From assembly GCA_003389215.1 (NCBI GenBank), contig QQVP01000011.1:72315-136314 (forward strand): a stretch of DNA of 64,000 bases. Direction: 5' to 3'. The DNA comes from Planctomycetota bacterium (GTDB taxonomy: Bacteria > Planctomycetota > Planctomycetia > Pirellulales > UBA7805). The notes below the pieces were generated by a model. It saw only the letters and a list, made by a program, of their open reading frames with translations, ran no database searches and had not been told where the DNA came from. Of this stretch, positions 33,043 through 41,810 are shown piece by piece (the stretch's first letter is position 1; each line of letters begins with the position of its first letter). The translations under genes were made by a program, and so were the position numbers.

Positions 33043-35733
33043 ATGTTTCAACAGAACGATCATGTACGAAGCGATAAGTTCGGGATCGGCCACGTACTTG
33101 TTTGCGACGGCGAAACAGTAATCGTTCAGTTCGAGCACGGAATTGAGCGTTGTAAGCTAGATAACCTGGTCGAAGTGGACAGTCCGCGGAAGTCCCTGCG
33201 GAAAGAGATGTGGGATGTCCCGCTTGAGGTAGTCACTCGTCTTCAAGCAGAGGCGATTCGTTCAGTAAACGACACATGGGGAGTACTGTCGAAGTCTCGA
33301 ATTGCGCTGTTGCCCCACCAGCTCTGGGTTTGCCGTCGAGTACTTGAAGCTTGGCCAACTCGATGGTTGGTTGCCGACGATGTTGGATTGGGAAAGACGA
33401 TTGAAGCGGGTCTGATTCTGTGGCCTCTCTTGTCACGCGAGAACGTGAATCGTCTGCTGATCATCTGCCCTGCATCGCTTGTTGACCAGTGGCAGGCACG
33501 ACTCCGGGACATGTTCGACATTCGTGTTGCACTTTATGTTTCTGAAGCCGATACCTCGAAGTCTGATTTCTGGCATACCCATCCTCAGGTTGTCGCTTCT
33601 CTGCAAACCCTCAGAAAAGACAGTAACGAGCGCCACCAGCGGATGCTGGAGTGCCCGCCTTGGGACTTGATTCTCGTCGATGAAGCTCACCACTTAAACG
33701 CGGATGAACAGGGCGGTCCGACACTGGGATATCGTTTCCTGGAGAAGATCGTCGAATCCAACCAAGTGAAGTCCATGGTGTTCTTCACCGGGACGCCGCA
33801 TCGCGGAAAGAATTTTGGGTTCCTGTCTCTTGTCAAGCTGCTTCGTCCCGACCTGTTCGATCCACGCAAACCGCTTCACGAGCAGCTCCCCTTGCTCCGC
33901 CAGGTGATGATTCGGAATAACAAGCAGAATGTGACCGACCTCAAGGGCAACCGGCTCTTCTTTCCACCCAAGGTCACTTCGGACACCTATTCGTATTCGC
34001 AAGAGGAAAACCGGTTCTATGACATGCTGACTGAGTTCATTGCAACCGGTAAGGCATACGCTTCAACCCTGAGTTCAAATGACCAACGAACAGCGATTCT
34101 GGTGCTAATCGCCATGCAGAAATTGGCATCAAGCTCTGTTGCGGCGATCCGGAGGGCACTCAGGAATCGGTACAATCGAATCCAGTCCACGAGGGAGCAA
34201 TTGGCGAAGCTTCAGGCCCAGAGAGATTTGCTTTCGTCGTATGAAGAACTTGAAAGCAACAATGACCTCGACGACCTTAATCGCCTGGATGAACAGCTCG
34301 CAGAGACGGAAGTCAATCTCAGCCTTATGGAAGATGAAGAGCCAAGACTCGCAGAGCTGATTGAAGCAGCAGATGTCGTGGAGTCAGAAACGAAAATCGA
34401 CAAGATCCTATCGCTCTTGGAAGAAAGTTTTCCCGATCGCTCTGTGTTGTTTTTCACGGAGTACAAGGCAACCCAGTCGTTATTGATGTCGGCGCTCATA
34501 AGGGAATACGGAGATGGGTGCGTGGCGTTCATCAACGGGGACGGTGTCGCGGAAGGAGTTGTTCAAGCGGACGGGAACAGCAAGGCCATGAAAGAAGACC
34601 GCGCGAGTGCGGCTTCCAGGTTCAATGCAGGGAAAGTGCGATTCCTGGTCTCAACCGAAGCCGCTGGCGAAGGGATCGACCTCCAAGAAAAGTGCCATAC
34701 GCTGATCCATGTTGATTTGCCGTGGAACCCCATGCGGCTTCATCAACGTGTGGGGCGACTCAACCGCTATGGCCAGACCAAACAGGTCGAGGTAATGACA
34801 CTGCGAAATCCAAGCACAGTGGAGTCGCGAATCTGGGAAAAACTGAACGAAAAAATCGACAGCATTATGCAGTCGATGGAAAACGTCATGGACGAGCCAG
34901 AAGACCTGCTTGAGCTAGTGCTAGGCATGTCCTCTCCGTCGATGTTCCGCGAAGTGTTTGCTGGGGCGAGCGATGTTCCAGCGGGTTCTCTGTCAAAGTG
35001 GTTCGATGAAAAGACGGCCAGGTTTGGCGGCCAGGACGTTATCGATACGGTGCGGGACTTGATCGGACACTGCTCGCACTTCGATTTTCAGGCGATGTCA
35101 GAAAAAATCCCGAAGCTGGACCTACCGGCTCTTCGCCAGTTTTTCCTGGCAATGCTCAAGCTGAACAATCGGAACTACGAGGAGTCGGATGAAGGACTGA
35201 GTTTCAAGACGCCGGACCGCTGGCTGACCTCCCCCGCGATCCGAACAACCTACAGGAATGTTGTTTTTGATCGCGCTGCCGGAAAGTCGATTTCAAGTGA
35301 GCGCATCTTGGGGGTCGGGCATGCGATTGTTGACCAGGCGGTACGCCAAGCTAGAGAAAGCACTGCCAGCGTGACTTCAATCGCCAAGAGCGTGTTGCCG
35401 AATTCTGTCTTCGTTTACCGCGTTGTCGACAAGGTAACATCGAAGTCGTCCAACATCCGGGCGTTTGTTGTTGGGGTTGAGTTCCTGGAGTCCAGTGTTC
35501 AGATCTATCGAGACTGGGAGCTCTTACTAAAACTAAATGAGCTGCTAGCGAAGCGAACGCTGCGCCGAGACGAAGCAATGCCGCGCCCATCCGGCACAGA
35601 GTTGCTGGATAATCAAGTCAAACAAGGCATGGAACTCGTTGAGAATCACATGGCTGACTTTGATTTGCCATTTGAAGTTCCAGAGGTTCACTTTCTGGGC
35701 GTGTTATTGCCTGATAGCGAGGTAGGCGATTAG
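33043..35733 (+). CDS. SNF2-family ATPase, RapA/HepA-like
   Basis: 896 aa. The N-terminal small beta-barrel-like segment FQQNDHVRSDKFGIGHVLVCDGETVIVQFEHG resembles the RapA N-terminus. Motifs: LVADDVGLGKTIEAG (about 33375-33400), LVDEAHHL (about 33677-33694), STEAAGEGIDLQ, DLPWNPMRLHQRVGRLNRYGQ. Confidence 0.85.
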   Translation: MFQQNDHVRSDKFGIGHVLVCDGETVIVQFEHGIERCKLDNLVEVDSPRKSLRKEMWDVPLEVVTRLQAEAIRSVNDTWGVLSKSRIALLPHQLWVCRRVLEAWPTRWLVADDVGLGKTIEAGLILWPLLSRENVNRLLIICPASLVDQWQARLRDMFDIRVALYVSEADTSKSDFWHTHPQVVASLQTLRKDSNERHQRMLECPPWDLILVDEAHHLNADEQGGPTLGYRFLEKIVESNQVKSMVFFTGTPHRGKNFGFLSLVKLLRPDLFDPRKPLHEQLPLLRQVMIRNNKQNVTDLKGNRLFFPPKVTSDTYSYSQEENRFYDMLTEFIATGKAYASTLSSNDQRTAILVLIAMQKLASSSVAAIRRALRNRYNRIQSTREQLAKLQAQRDLLSSYEELESNNDLDDLNRLDEQLAETEVNLSLMEDEEPRLAELIEAADVVESETKIDKILSLLEESFPDRSVLFFTEYKATQSLLMSALIREYGDGCVAFINGDGVAEGVVQADGNSKAMKEDRASAASRFNAGKVRFLVSTEAAGEGIDLQEKCHTLIHVDLPWNPMRLHQRVGRLNRYGQTKQVEVMTLRNPSTVESRIWEKLNEKIDSIMQSMENVMDEPEDLLELVLGMSSPSMFREVFAGASDVPAGSLSKWFDEKTARFGGQDVIDTVRDLIGHCSHFDFQAMSEKIPKLDLPALRQFFLAMLKLNNRNYEESDEGLSFKTPDRWLTSPAIRTTYRNVVFDRAAGKSISSERILGVGHAIVDQAVRQARESTASVTSIAKSVLPNSVFVYRVVDKVTSKSSNIRAFVVGVEFLESSVQIYRDWELLLKLNELLAKRTLRRDEAMPRPSGTELLDNQVKQGMELVENHMADFDLPFEVPEVHFLGVLLPDSEVGD

Positions 35734-35774
35734 TTTGAAATACATTTCATAGGCCGACCACCTCCGTCGAGAAT

Positions 35775-38700
35775 GTGGCCGTTCGACGGACGGTTGACCA
35801 GTTCTGTCCGCTGTTCTGCGACGTAACGACTCGATGCCGCCAACGTGCACAAATCATTGAAATGCTGGAGGAATTGCAAGCGCGTATGCCCAAGCAAGAC
35901 ACTACGATCAACACACTGACTGTGCCGGCACTCTGGGCGCACCCGGTACGCACCAGCATCGGGCAGATCGTTCACCTGCTGAAGCCGGAACGGACGCTTG
36001 AAGTGCTCGACGTTGAAGAGGCGAAGGTCTCGCCACGTCGAACGGAGTCGTTGTACGTCGTGTCAACTGGTGAACGACTCGTGATGACGGAGCGTCGAAC
36101 GTGTCCGCTTCCCGTGGGGGCGGACGGCATCCTCATCCAAGCGGATAACGGAGCAATCGATTGGCTTCATAGCGCGGAGCGTGACGCCCATCGTGACAAG
36201 ACTAAGGGAAGCGGCCTTGCCGACCTGAAGCGGGAAATCGCCATCACATGGCGAGCGTCATTTCGCTACCGTGCTGAGCAGCAGGGTGGTGATGGCGTCC
36301 CCATCGAACCTGGCTTGCGCCCGCCGCAGATCGGAGCACTTCATGCCATCGGTTCGCATTGGAGCTTGTACCGTCACCCGGCCACGATCGTCATGCCCAC
36401 GGGGACCGGTAAGACCGAAACGATGTTGTCGGCGTTGGCCGCATTCGGGGTCGGCACAATGCTCGTTGTCGTGCCGACGAGACCGCTGAAGGATCAGACG
36501 ATTCGCAAATTCACGACGTTCGGTTTGCTCCGCGACCTCGGTGTTCTTCCGGATGACGTCGAGAATCCCATCGTTGGCATCATCTCAAAACGCCCGCGTA
36601 AGAAATCCGACTTGCGGCCCTACGCAGCTTGTCATGTCGTCGTCGCCACGATGTCGTCATTGGCTCAGGGAACCGCCGCCGGATTGCTCGATGACTTGGC
36701 CTTGCTCGTCGACACACTCGTGGTCGATGAAGCACATCACATCGCCGCGAAAACCTGGAGAGGATTCCGAGAGGCGTTTCAGTCCAGAAGGGTATTGCAG
36801 TTCACCGCCACGCCGTTTCGGCGAGACGGCGAACTGGTAGACGGCGACGTCATTTACTCGTACCCGCTGCGACGTGCTCAGACAGACGGCTATTTCAAGC
36901 CGATCACATTCTCGGCCGTCCACGAAATCGATCCGGAGGACGCCGATCAGGCCATTGCCGAACGTGCAATCGGGCACTTGAAAGACGATCTAACGGCAGG
37001 CTGGGACCACCTGCTGATGGCCAGATGCGACACGATCGAACGCGCAACGAGCACTCATGGGATCTACGAATCACTCGCCCCTGAGTACGAACCCATCCTG
37101 GTTCATTCCGAGTCGGCGGAATCGGTGCAAAACCTGGACAAGCTCCGGTCCGGAAAGAGCAAGATCGTCGTGTGCGTCGATATGCTCGGAGAGGGATTCG
37201 ACCTGCCCCAACTCAAGATCGCCGCCGTGCACGACACTCACAAGAGCCTCTCCGTGTTGCTTCAATTCACTGGACGATTCACGCGCACGTCAGGAAAGTC
37301 CGTCGGGGACGCAACCGTCGTCGCGAACATCGCGGACCTGAGAGTTTCGGATGCATTGGAGCGGCTCTACAGCGAAGACGCCGATTGGAATCACCTGCTG
37401 AGCGAGTTCAGTTCGCAAGCCGTCAAAGAGCATAAGGAACTGATCGACTTCCTGAACGCTTCTGAGCGTCTCGACGACGGTGACCTGCAGTCGACCCGTA
37501 TCTCGCATCATTTGTTGCGTCCGAAGTTCAGCGCGGTGGTGTACCACTGCAATGCGTTCAAGCCGAAAAAATTCCATGAAGCCCTGGGCAAGGAAGTGAC
37601 CGTGCACGCGGTCTGGCTCCATCACGATTCGAACACGCTGTACTTCGTGACCCGAAGCGACCCGCCGGTTCTCTGGACGAGATCGAAAGAGGTCCACGAT
37701 CGGCAATGGCATTTGTACGTGGTGCACTTCGATTCCGTACGAAAGCTCCTCTTCGTCAACTCAACGGACAAGAGTTCCGTTCACGAAGGGTTGGCGAACG
37801 CCGTCGGCGAGGGGGTGAAGATCATTCAAGGAGACACGGTCTTTCGGACATTGGGAAACATCAACCGCCTGATTTTTCAGAACATCGGGGTGAGAAAGGT
37901 CGGGCGGAGAAATCTGCGCTACGCGAAGTACACGGGGGCCGATGTGCGGCAGGCCCTGTCCATTACGCAAACGTCCGGCTCGGTGAAATCGGACTTGGCC
38001 GGGACGGGATTCGAGCTGGGCGGCCCCGTGACGATCGGCTGCTCGATCAAGGGGCGAATCTGGTCGAGGCGTAACGACACCGTTCGCCGATTCTTGGATT
38101 GGTGCCAAGGCGTCGGGGGGAAACTGATCGATGCGTCAATCGACACGTCCAAGATCATCGAAAACGTCCTGATCCCTGACGAAGTGACGGCGTTTCCCGA
38201 TGCGATGGTGCTGTGCATCGATTGGCCGCTGGAGATTCTTCGACAGTCCGAGGAAAAGGTCACCCTGTCGGTCGACGATGCGGAGTTCCCGATCACGTTA
38301 TTTGAGATTGAGGCTGACGATACTTCAGCCCAGGGCGACACGCTTCGATTTCGAGTTGCAAGCGAGAACCATTCGTGCCAATTGTCGCTGCGACTCGGAG
38401 TGCAGCGAGGCTTTGAGGTCGCCCATGTCTCCGGTAGCCGGTTCAAACTGAAGTGCGGAAAGCTGGAGACGAACCTCGAAACGTACTTGAGCGACTATCC
38501 GCCTCTCATCAAGTTTTCCGATATGTCCGAACTCGATGGAAACTTGCTGGTCAGGCCTCAGGATACGCGAGAGTTAGTCCTGCCACCGGAGCGGTTCGAG
38601 CCGTGGGACTGGAGCGGAGTCGACATCGCGGCGGAGTCGATTTGGAAGTCCGACAAGAGACGCTCCAGTTCGATTCAGGGGCATGTAGCTGAAAAGTACC

Positions 38701-39173
38701 AAGCCGGTGGATTCACCGTCGTGTTCGATGACGATGCGAAGGGTGAAGCGGCGGATCTCATCTGCCTCAAGGAGGAAGACGAGGTCATCCGTCTCGCCCT
38801 GGTGCACTGCAAGTTCAGCAAGGGAAAGGACGCCGGCGAGCGAGTCGGCGACGTGGTCGAGGTGTGCTCCCAAGCAGTGCGTTCTGCAAAGTGGAAGTGG
38901 CGATTTCGCGAGCTTGTTCGTCATGTACTTCTGCGAGAAAAACGCCTTCGAAAGTCGTACCGGAGCTCCCGATTCCTCAAAGGCGACGTAAAGGAACTCA
39001 ATCGATTCGTTCAACTGAGTCGATTTAAGAATCTTGAGGTTGAAATCCTGATTGCCCAGCCGGGCTTGTCGCGGGATGACTGCACGGCCGAACAAACGGC
39101 CGTCCTCGCCGCCGCCGACAGCTTCTTGCTGGAAACAGTCGGAGTCACGCTAGGGATTGTTTGTAGTGAATGA
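35775..39173 (+). CDS. SF2 (DEAH, type III Res-like) helicase with C-terminal Mrr-like PD-(D/E)xK-type motif
   Basis: 1,132 aa from GTG 35775 (alternative ATG 35862). Helicase motifs: IVMPTGTGKTE (about 36392-36418), VVDEAHHIA (about 36725-36740), QFTATPFRRDG, MLGEGFDLP, LQFTGRFTR. C-terminus: DDDAKGEAADLICLKEEDEVIRLALVHCKFSKG (38745-38825). Confidence 0.8.
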   Translation: MAVRRTVDQFCPLFCDVTTRCRQRAQIIEMLEELQARMPKQDTTINTLTVPALWAHPVRTSIGQIVHLLKPERTLEVLDVEEAKVSPRRTESLYVVSTGERLVMTERRTCPLPVGADGILIQADNGAIDWLHSAERDAHRDKTKGSGLADLKREIAITWRASFRYRAEQQGGDGVPIEPGLRPPQIGALHAIGSHWSLYRHPATIVMPTGTGKTETMLSALAAFGVGTMLVVVPTRPLKDQTIRKFTTFGLLRDLGVLPDDVENPIVGIISKRPRKKSDLRPYAACHVVVATMSSLAQGTAAGLLDDLALLVDTLVVDEAHHIAAKTWRGFREAFQSRRVLQFTATPFRRDGELVDGDVIYSYPLRRAQTDGYFKPITFSAVHEIDPEDADQAIAERAIGHLKDDLTAGWDHLLMARCDTIERATSTHGIYESLAPEYEPILVHSESAESVQNLDKLRSGKSKIVVCVDMLGEGFDLPQLKIAAVHDTHKSLSVLLQFTGRFTRTSGKSVGDATVVANIADLRVSDALERLYSEDADWNHLLSEFSSQAVKEHKELIDFLNASERLDDGDLQSTRISHHLLRPKFSAVVYHCNAFKPKKFHEALGKEVTVHAVWLHHDSNTLYFVTRSDPPVLWTRSKEVHDRQWHLYVVHFDSVRKLLFVNSTDKSSVHEGLANAVGEGVKIIQGDTVFRTLGNINRLIFQNIGVRKVGRRNLRYAKYTGADVRQALSITQTSGSVKSDLAGTGFELGGPVTIGCSIKGRIWSRRNDTVRRFLDWCQGVGGKLIDASIDTSKIIENVLIPDEVTAFPDAMVLCIDWPLEILRQSEEKVTLSVDDAEFPITLFEIEADDTSAQGDTLRFRVASENHSCQLSLRLGVQRGFEVAHVSGSRFKLKCGKLETNLETYLSDYPPLIKFSDMSELDGNLLVRPQDTRELVLPPERFEPWDWSGVDIAAESIWKSDKRRSSSIQGHVAEKYQAGGFTVVFDDDAKGEAADLICLKEEDEVIRLALVHCKFSKGKDAGERVGDVVEVCSQAVRSAKWKWRFRELVRHVLLREKRLRKSYRSSRFLKGDVKELNRFVQLSRFKNLEVEILIAQPGLSRDDCTAEQTAVLAAADSFLLETVGVTLGIVCSE

Positions 39174-39265
39174 TCTCTAGATGCATGTCAATGGTTTCCT
39201 TTTGAATGGAAGGGGACTCTAATCTAATCCAGCCGTTTTGATAAGGAATGGATATGGCGGGCAAC

Positions 39266-40285
39266 TCAAATAGAGATACGCTCAACGATGTTCCGGGTGA
39301 CTTGCCTATGTCGACGATCGTAGAGGCGTGTTGTGCGAGGGTCGGCGTGACCGGCGAGCATCTGGACATCTTCCAGCGGAACGCCTTGGCTCAGCAGGTC
39401 GGTGATGGCAGCTACGCGAAATGAGTGAGGAGAGAGACGCGACGGAAGCCCCGCCTGACGCATCCGGCGCTTGACCATTCTCGCCATGTCGCCAGCTGAC
39501 ATAGCGTTCTGCGTCATTCGCTTCGTCCGCCGAATTGTGGTGCGGAACAGCGGAGTCGATTTCTCTGAATACTCCAGCCGGGCTGCGTTCAGGTAAGCCG
39601 AAAGGAATCCGCAAAGGTCATGGCGGACCGGAATCTCGCGAGTCTTCGTTCCTTTTTCTGTGAACCGCAAGCAGTATTGTTCGCCGGCATCGTAGTAGTC
39701 ACCTCGTCGTAGTCGAGCCACCGCACCGACGCGAGCGGCGGTGTAAATCAGGATCGCAATAATTGCTTTGTCGCGGAGCCCGATTGCGTGTGACGTGTCG
39801 ATGCTGCCGAGCAAATGGCGGGCTTGCTTGACGGTGATCTCGGGGGTTCGTCCTTCAACGACTTGAAGCCGTTCCCCACGAACGGATGAAGCCGGGTTCA
39901 GAATCACAACGTGTCGGCTGACCAACTGATCGAAGAAGTGACGCAGCGCAGACAAGTGTAACTTTTTCGTCGCAGGTGCGAATTCCAGTTCGTCAAGATA
40001 TTGCCCTACGTCTCTTGGGGCGATCCTCGAAAGCTCAATCCCGCGATATTCACACCACGCCAGGAATCGGGCAACTGCGTGCGAGTAGTTGCGTCTGGTA
40101 TGCCGGTTTCGAAGCCGGCCGTATACAAACTCCTCCCACACGAAGACCGCTGCAGGCCCTGCGCTGGTAACGAGTTCTGGTACGTTCGCATTCGAAGAGT
40201 AGGTAGCCATCGCCAAAGCCTGCCTGGCTGCTGGAAGATTTGCGTTCGGGTTATCCATTTCATTGCCTAGCCAAACAGATGCCAC
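39266..40285 (-). CDS. Tyrosine recombinase / phage-type integrase
   Basis: 339 aa with an N-terminal SAM-like core-binding domain. Catalytic residues: ARVGAVARLRRGDY (Arg), HSFRVAAITDLL (HxxR), LAGHADPRTTRLYDRR (His…Tyr). Confidence 0.9.
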   Translation of the reverse strand: MASVWLGNEMDNPNANLPAARQALAMATYSSNANVPELVTSAGPAAVFVWEEFVYGRLRNRHTRRNYSHAVARFLAWCEYRGIELSRIAPRDVGQYLDELEFAPATKKLHLSALRHFFDQLVSRHVVILNPASSVRGERLQVVEGRTPEITVKQARHLLGSIDTSHAIGLRDKAIIAILIYTAARVGAVARLRRGDYYDAGEQYCLRFTEKGTKTREIPVRHDLCGFLSAYLNAARLEYSEKSTPLFRTTIRRTKRMTQNAMSAGDMARMVKRRMRQAGLPSRLSPHSFRVAAITDLLSQGVPLEDVQMLAGHADPRTTRLYDRRHRQVTRNIVERISI

Positions 40286-41094
40286 GTCATTCGATCAGAT
40301 CGATCGCATACCGAGGAAATCGCCATCGAACGAGCATTCTTTTGGCTCACGAAGTTTCTCAACAATCGTGCCCAGTGAGTTTTTGGTGAAGCGCGCGGTA
40401 ACGCCTCACAACGTCCTTTGTCAGGCACTATGCCTGACTTTCCAATCAGCGGCAACTGACGCTGGACTTCGTAATCAATTGCTCACGTGCACCGATTTCT
40501 GAGTGAATTGGTAAATGGAAGGACCGCCAAACGCTGGTGGGATCCGTGGAGCTTCGATGCTAGTTTCTCGACCGTTTGAGCGACCTGCTCCAATGGCGAA
40601 GAGACTCCGGGCAGATTCAATTTCCCATATCGCAGGAGACCGGAGGCGAGGCGAATTTGGAACAAGTGTCGGTCGGCACCGGATCGCAGTTCTTTTCGCA
40701 TCCGGCCGACGCGTTTCATCCCGTTCGTTAGATTCCAGTGGGTGAACGGCTCATACGGTCAGAAATGTCAGTAGTCCCACTATCCCCCGCCGATCGCACG
40801 GGCCTGCCTGTCTGAAGCGGGTGGCCGCAGGCAGTATGGTTCGAGCGATCCAACAAGACCTCAGAAAACCAAAAACATCGCAACGCCTCCTCGCAAATCA
40901 CATCAGCGGGCAAGCGTCTTCAGTTGATTTGACCCTACGCGAATTTCGTAGACCCACAACATGACCCCAAGTTTTGGTGACCGGCAGTCTCAAACAACGT
41001 CTGAAAACCACGGGCCACCCGGAACATGTAACACATACGTGCAACATGACCGTCTCGGGTTTCGAGTACTGCCCGGCGGTTCGACTTGGAACAA

Positions 41095-41397
41095 TCAGAA
41101 CGGAGTTTCTCCGTCGTGAACGTATTCATTTCCATCGCCGTTTCCACTGGAGGTGCCGCTTGAACTCTTAAAGATCCACGAATGCGCTTGATCGCAAACT
41201 TTGGCAACCAGCGGTAGGTCGTCGCGACCGAAGCTGGCAGAGTCTTTCCAGTGATCACCATCCTTGTATAGGCGGCTGACCGTTACGTTGTGCCGAGTTC
41301 CGTTCTGCGTCTCGTTCTCCCAGATCGCCGCGCGGATGCGCCCAAGTCGGATCTCGTGAACGGGCTTTGCCTTATCTTTCGATTTCTGCTGAGCCAT
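41095..41397 (-). CDS. Small hypothetical protein (possibly a PC4/ssDNA-binding-like fold)
   Basis: 100-aa ORF: …VHEIRLGRIRAAIWENETQNGTRHNVTVSRLYKDGDHWKDSASFGRDDLPLVAKV…, with an acidic/Gly-Ser tail. The fold suggestion is by-eye only. Confidence 0.45.
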   Translation of the reverse strand: MAQQKSKDKAKPVHEIRLGRIRAAIWENETQNGTRHNVTVSRLYKDGDHWKDSASFGRDDLPLVAKVCDQAHSWIFKSSSGTSSGNGDGNEYVHDGETPF

Positions 41398-41580
41398 GTG
41401 TAGCTCCTTTCAAGTAAAGAGTGGAAATGAGACGCGCCAACGCTGGAGCATCTCGAAAACGTGGAAGCTCCTCCGCGTCAAACCGTTAATGCGGACGTTG
41501 AAAGAACTGGGCGCTGGCAATTCAGATTTCATCAAGAAACCTGTTCGCCTAGAACTCTGCCGTGTTTCCATTCTGCGTGT

Positions 41581-41808
41581 TCAAGGAGCAGCTCCGGATT
41601 CGCCGCTGCCTTGCAGTATTCGCGCACAGACAGCGAGAGCGAAACGTCGATGCAGCGGATCCTCAGGCGGAAAGCGTGTTACGATCTGCGGCGGAAATCC
41701 GCCCCGACGCAGCCACTCCGCCAATGCCTCGGCCGCGTCATATGCAGCCGGCCAGTCGTCGTCGATCAGTGCTTGCAGCAGTTCGGTCCATGTGGCATTC
41801 GGGTCCAT
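41581..41808 (-). CDS. Small hypothetical acidic protein
   Basis: 75-aa ORF starting 2 nt after the DUF932-like stop codon. This tight coupling supports it being real. Confidence 0.45.
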   Translation of the reverse strand: MDPNATWTELLQALIDDDWPAAYDAAEALAEWLRRGGFPPQIVTRFPPEDPLHRRFALAVCARILQGSGESGAAP

Positions 41809-41810
41809 CT

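Noticed and set aside
40483-40719. ORF 40483..40719 (-, 78 aa) upstream of the integrase; possible excisionase or regulator
   Set aside because: No HTH or excisionase-like motif is recognisable and the gene is isolated. I could neither support nor exclude it. A perfect hairpin, GTCAGGCA-cta-TGCCTGAC, at 40421-40439 lies nearby, but its role is unclear.
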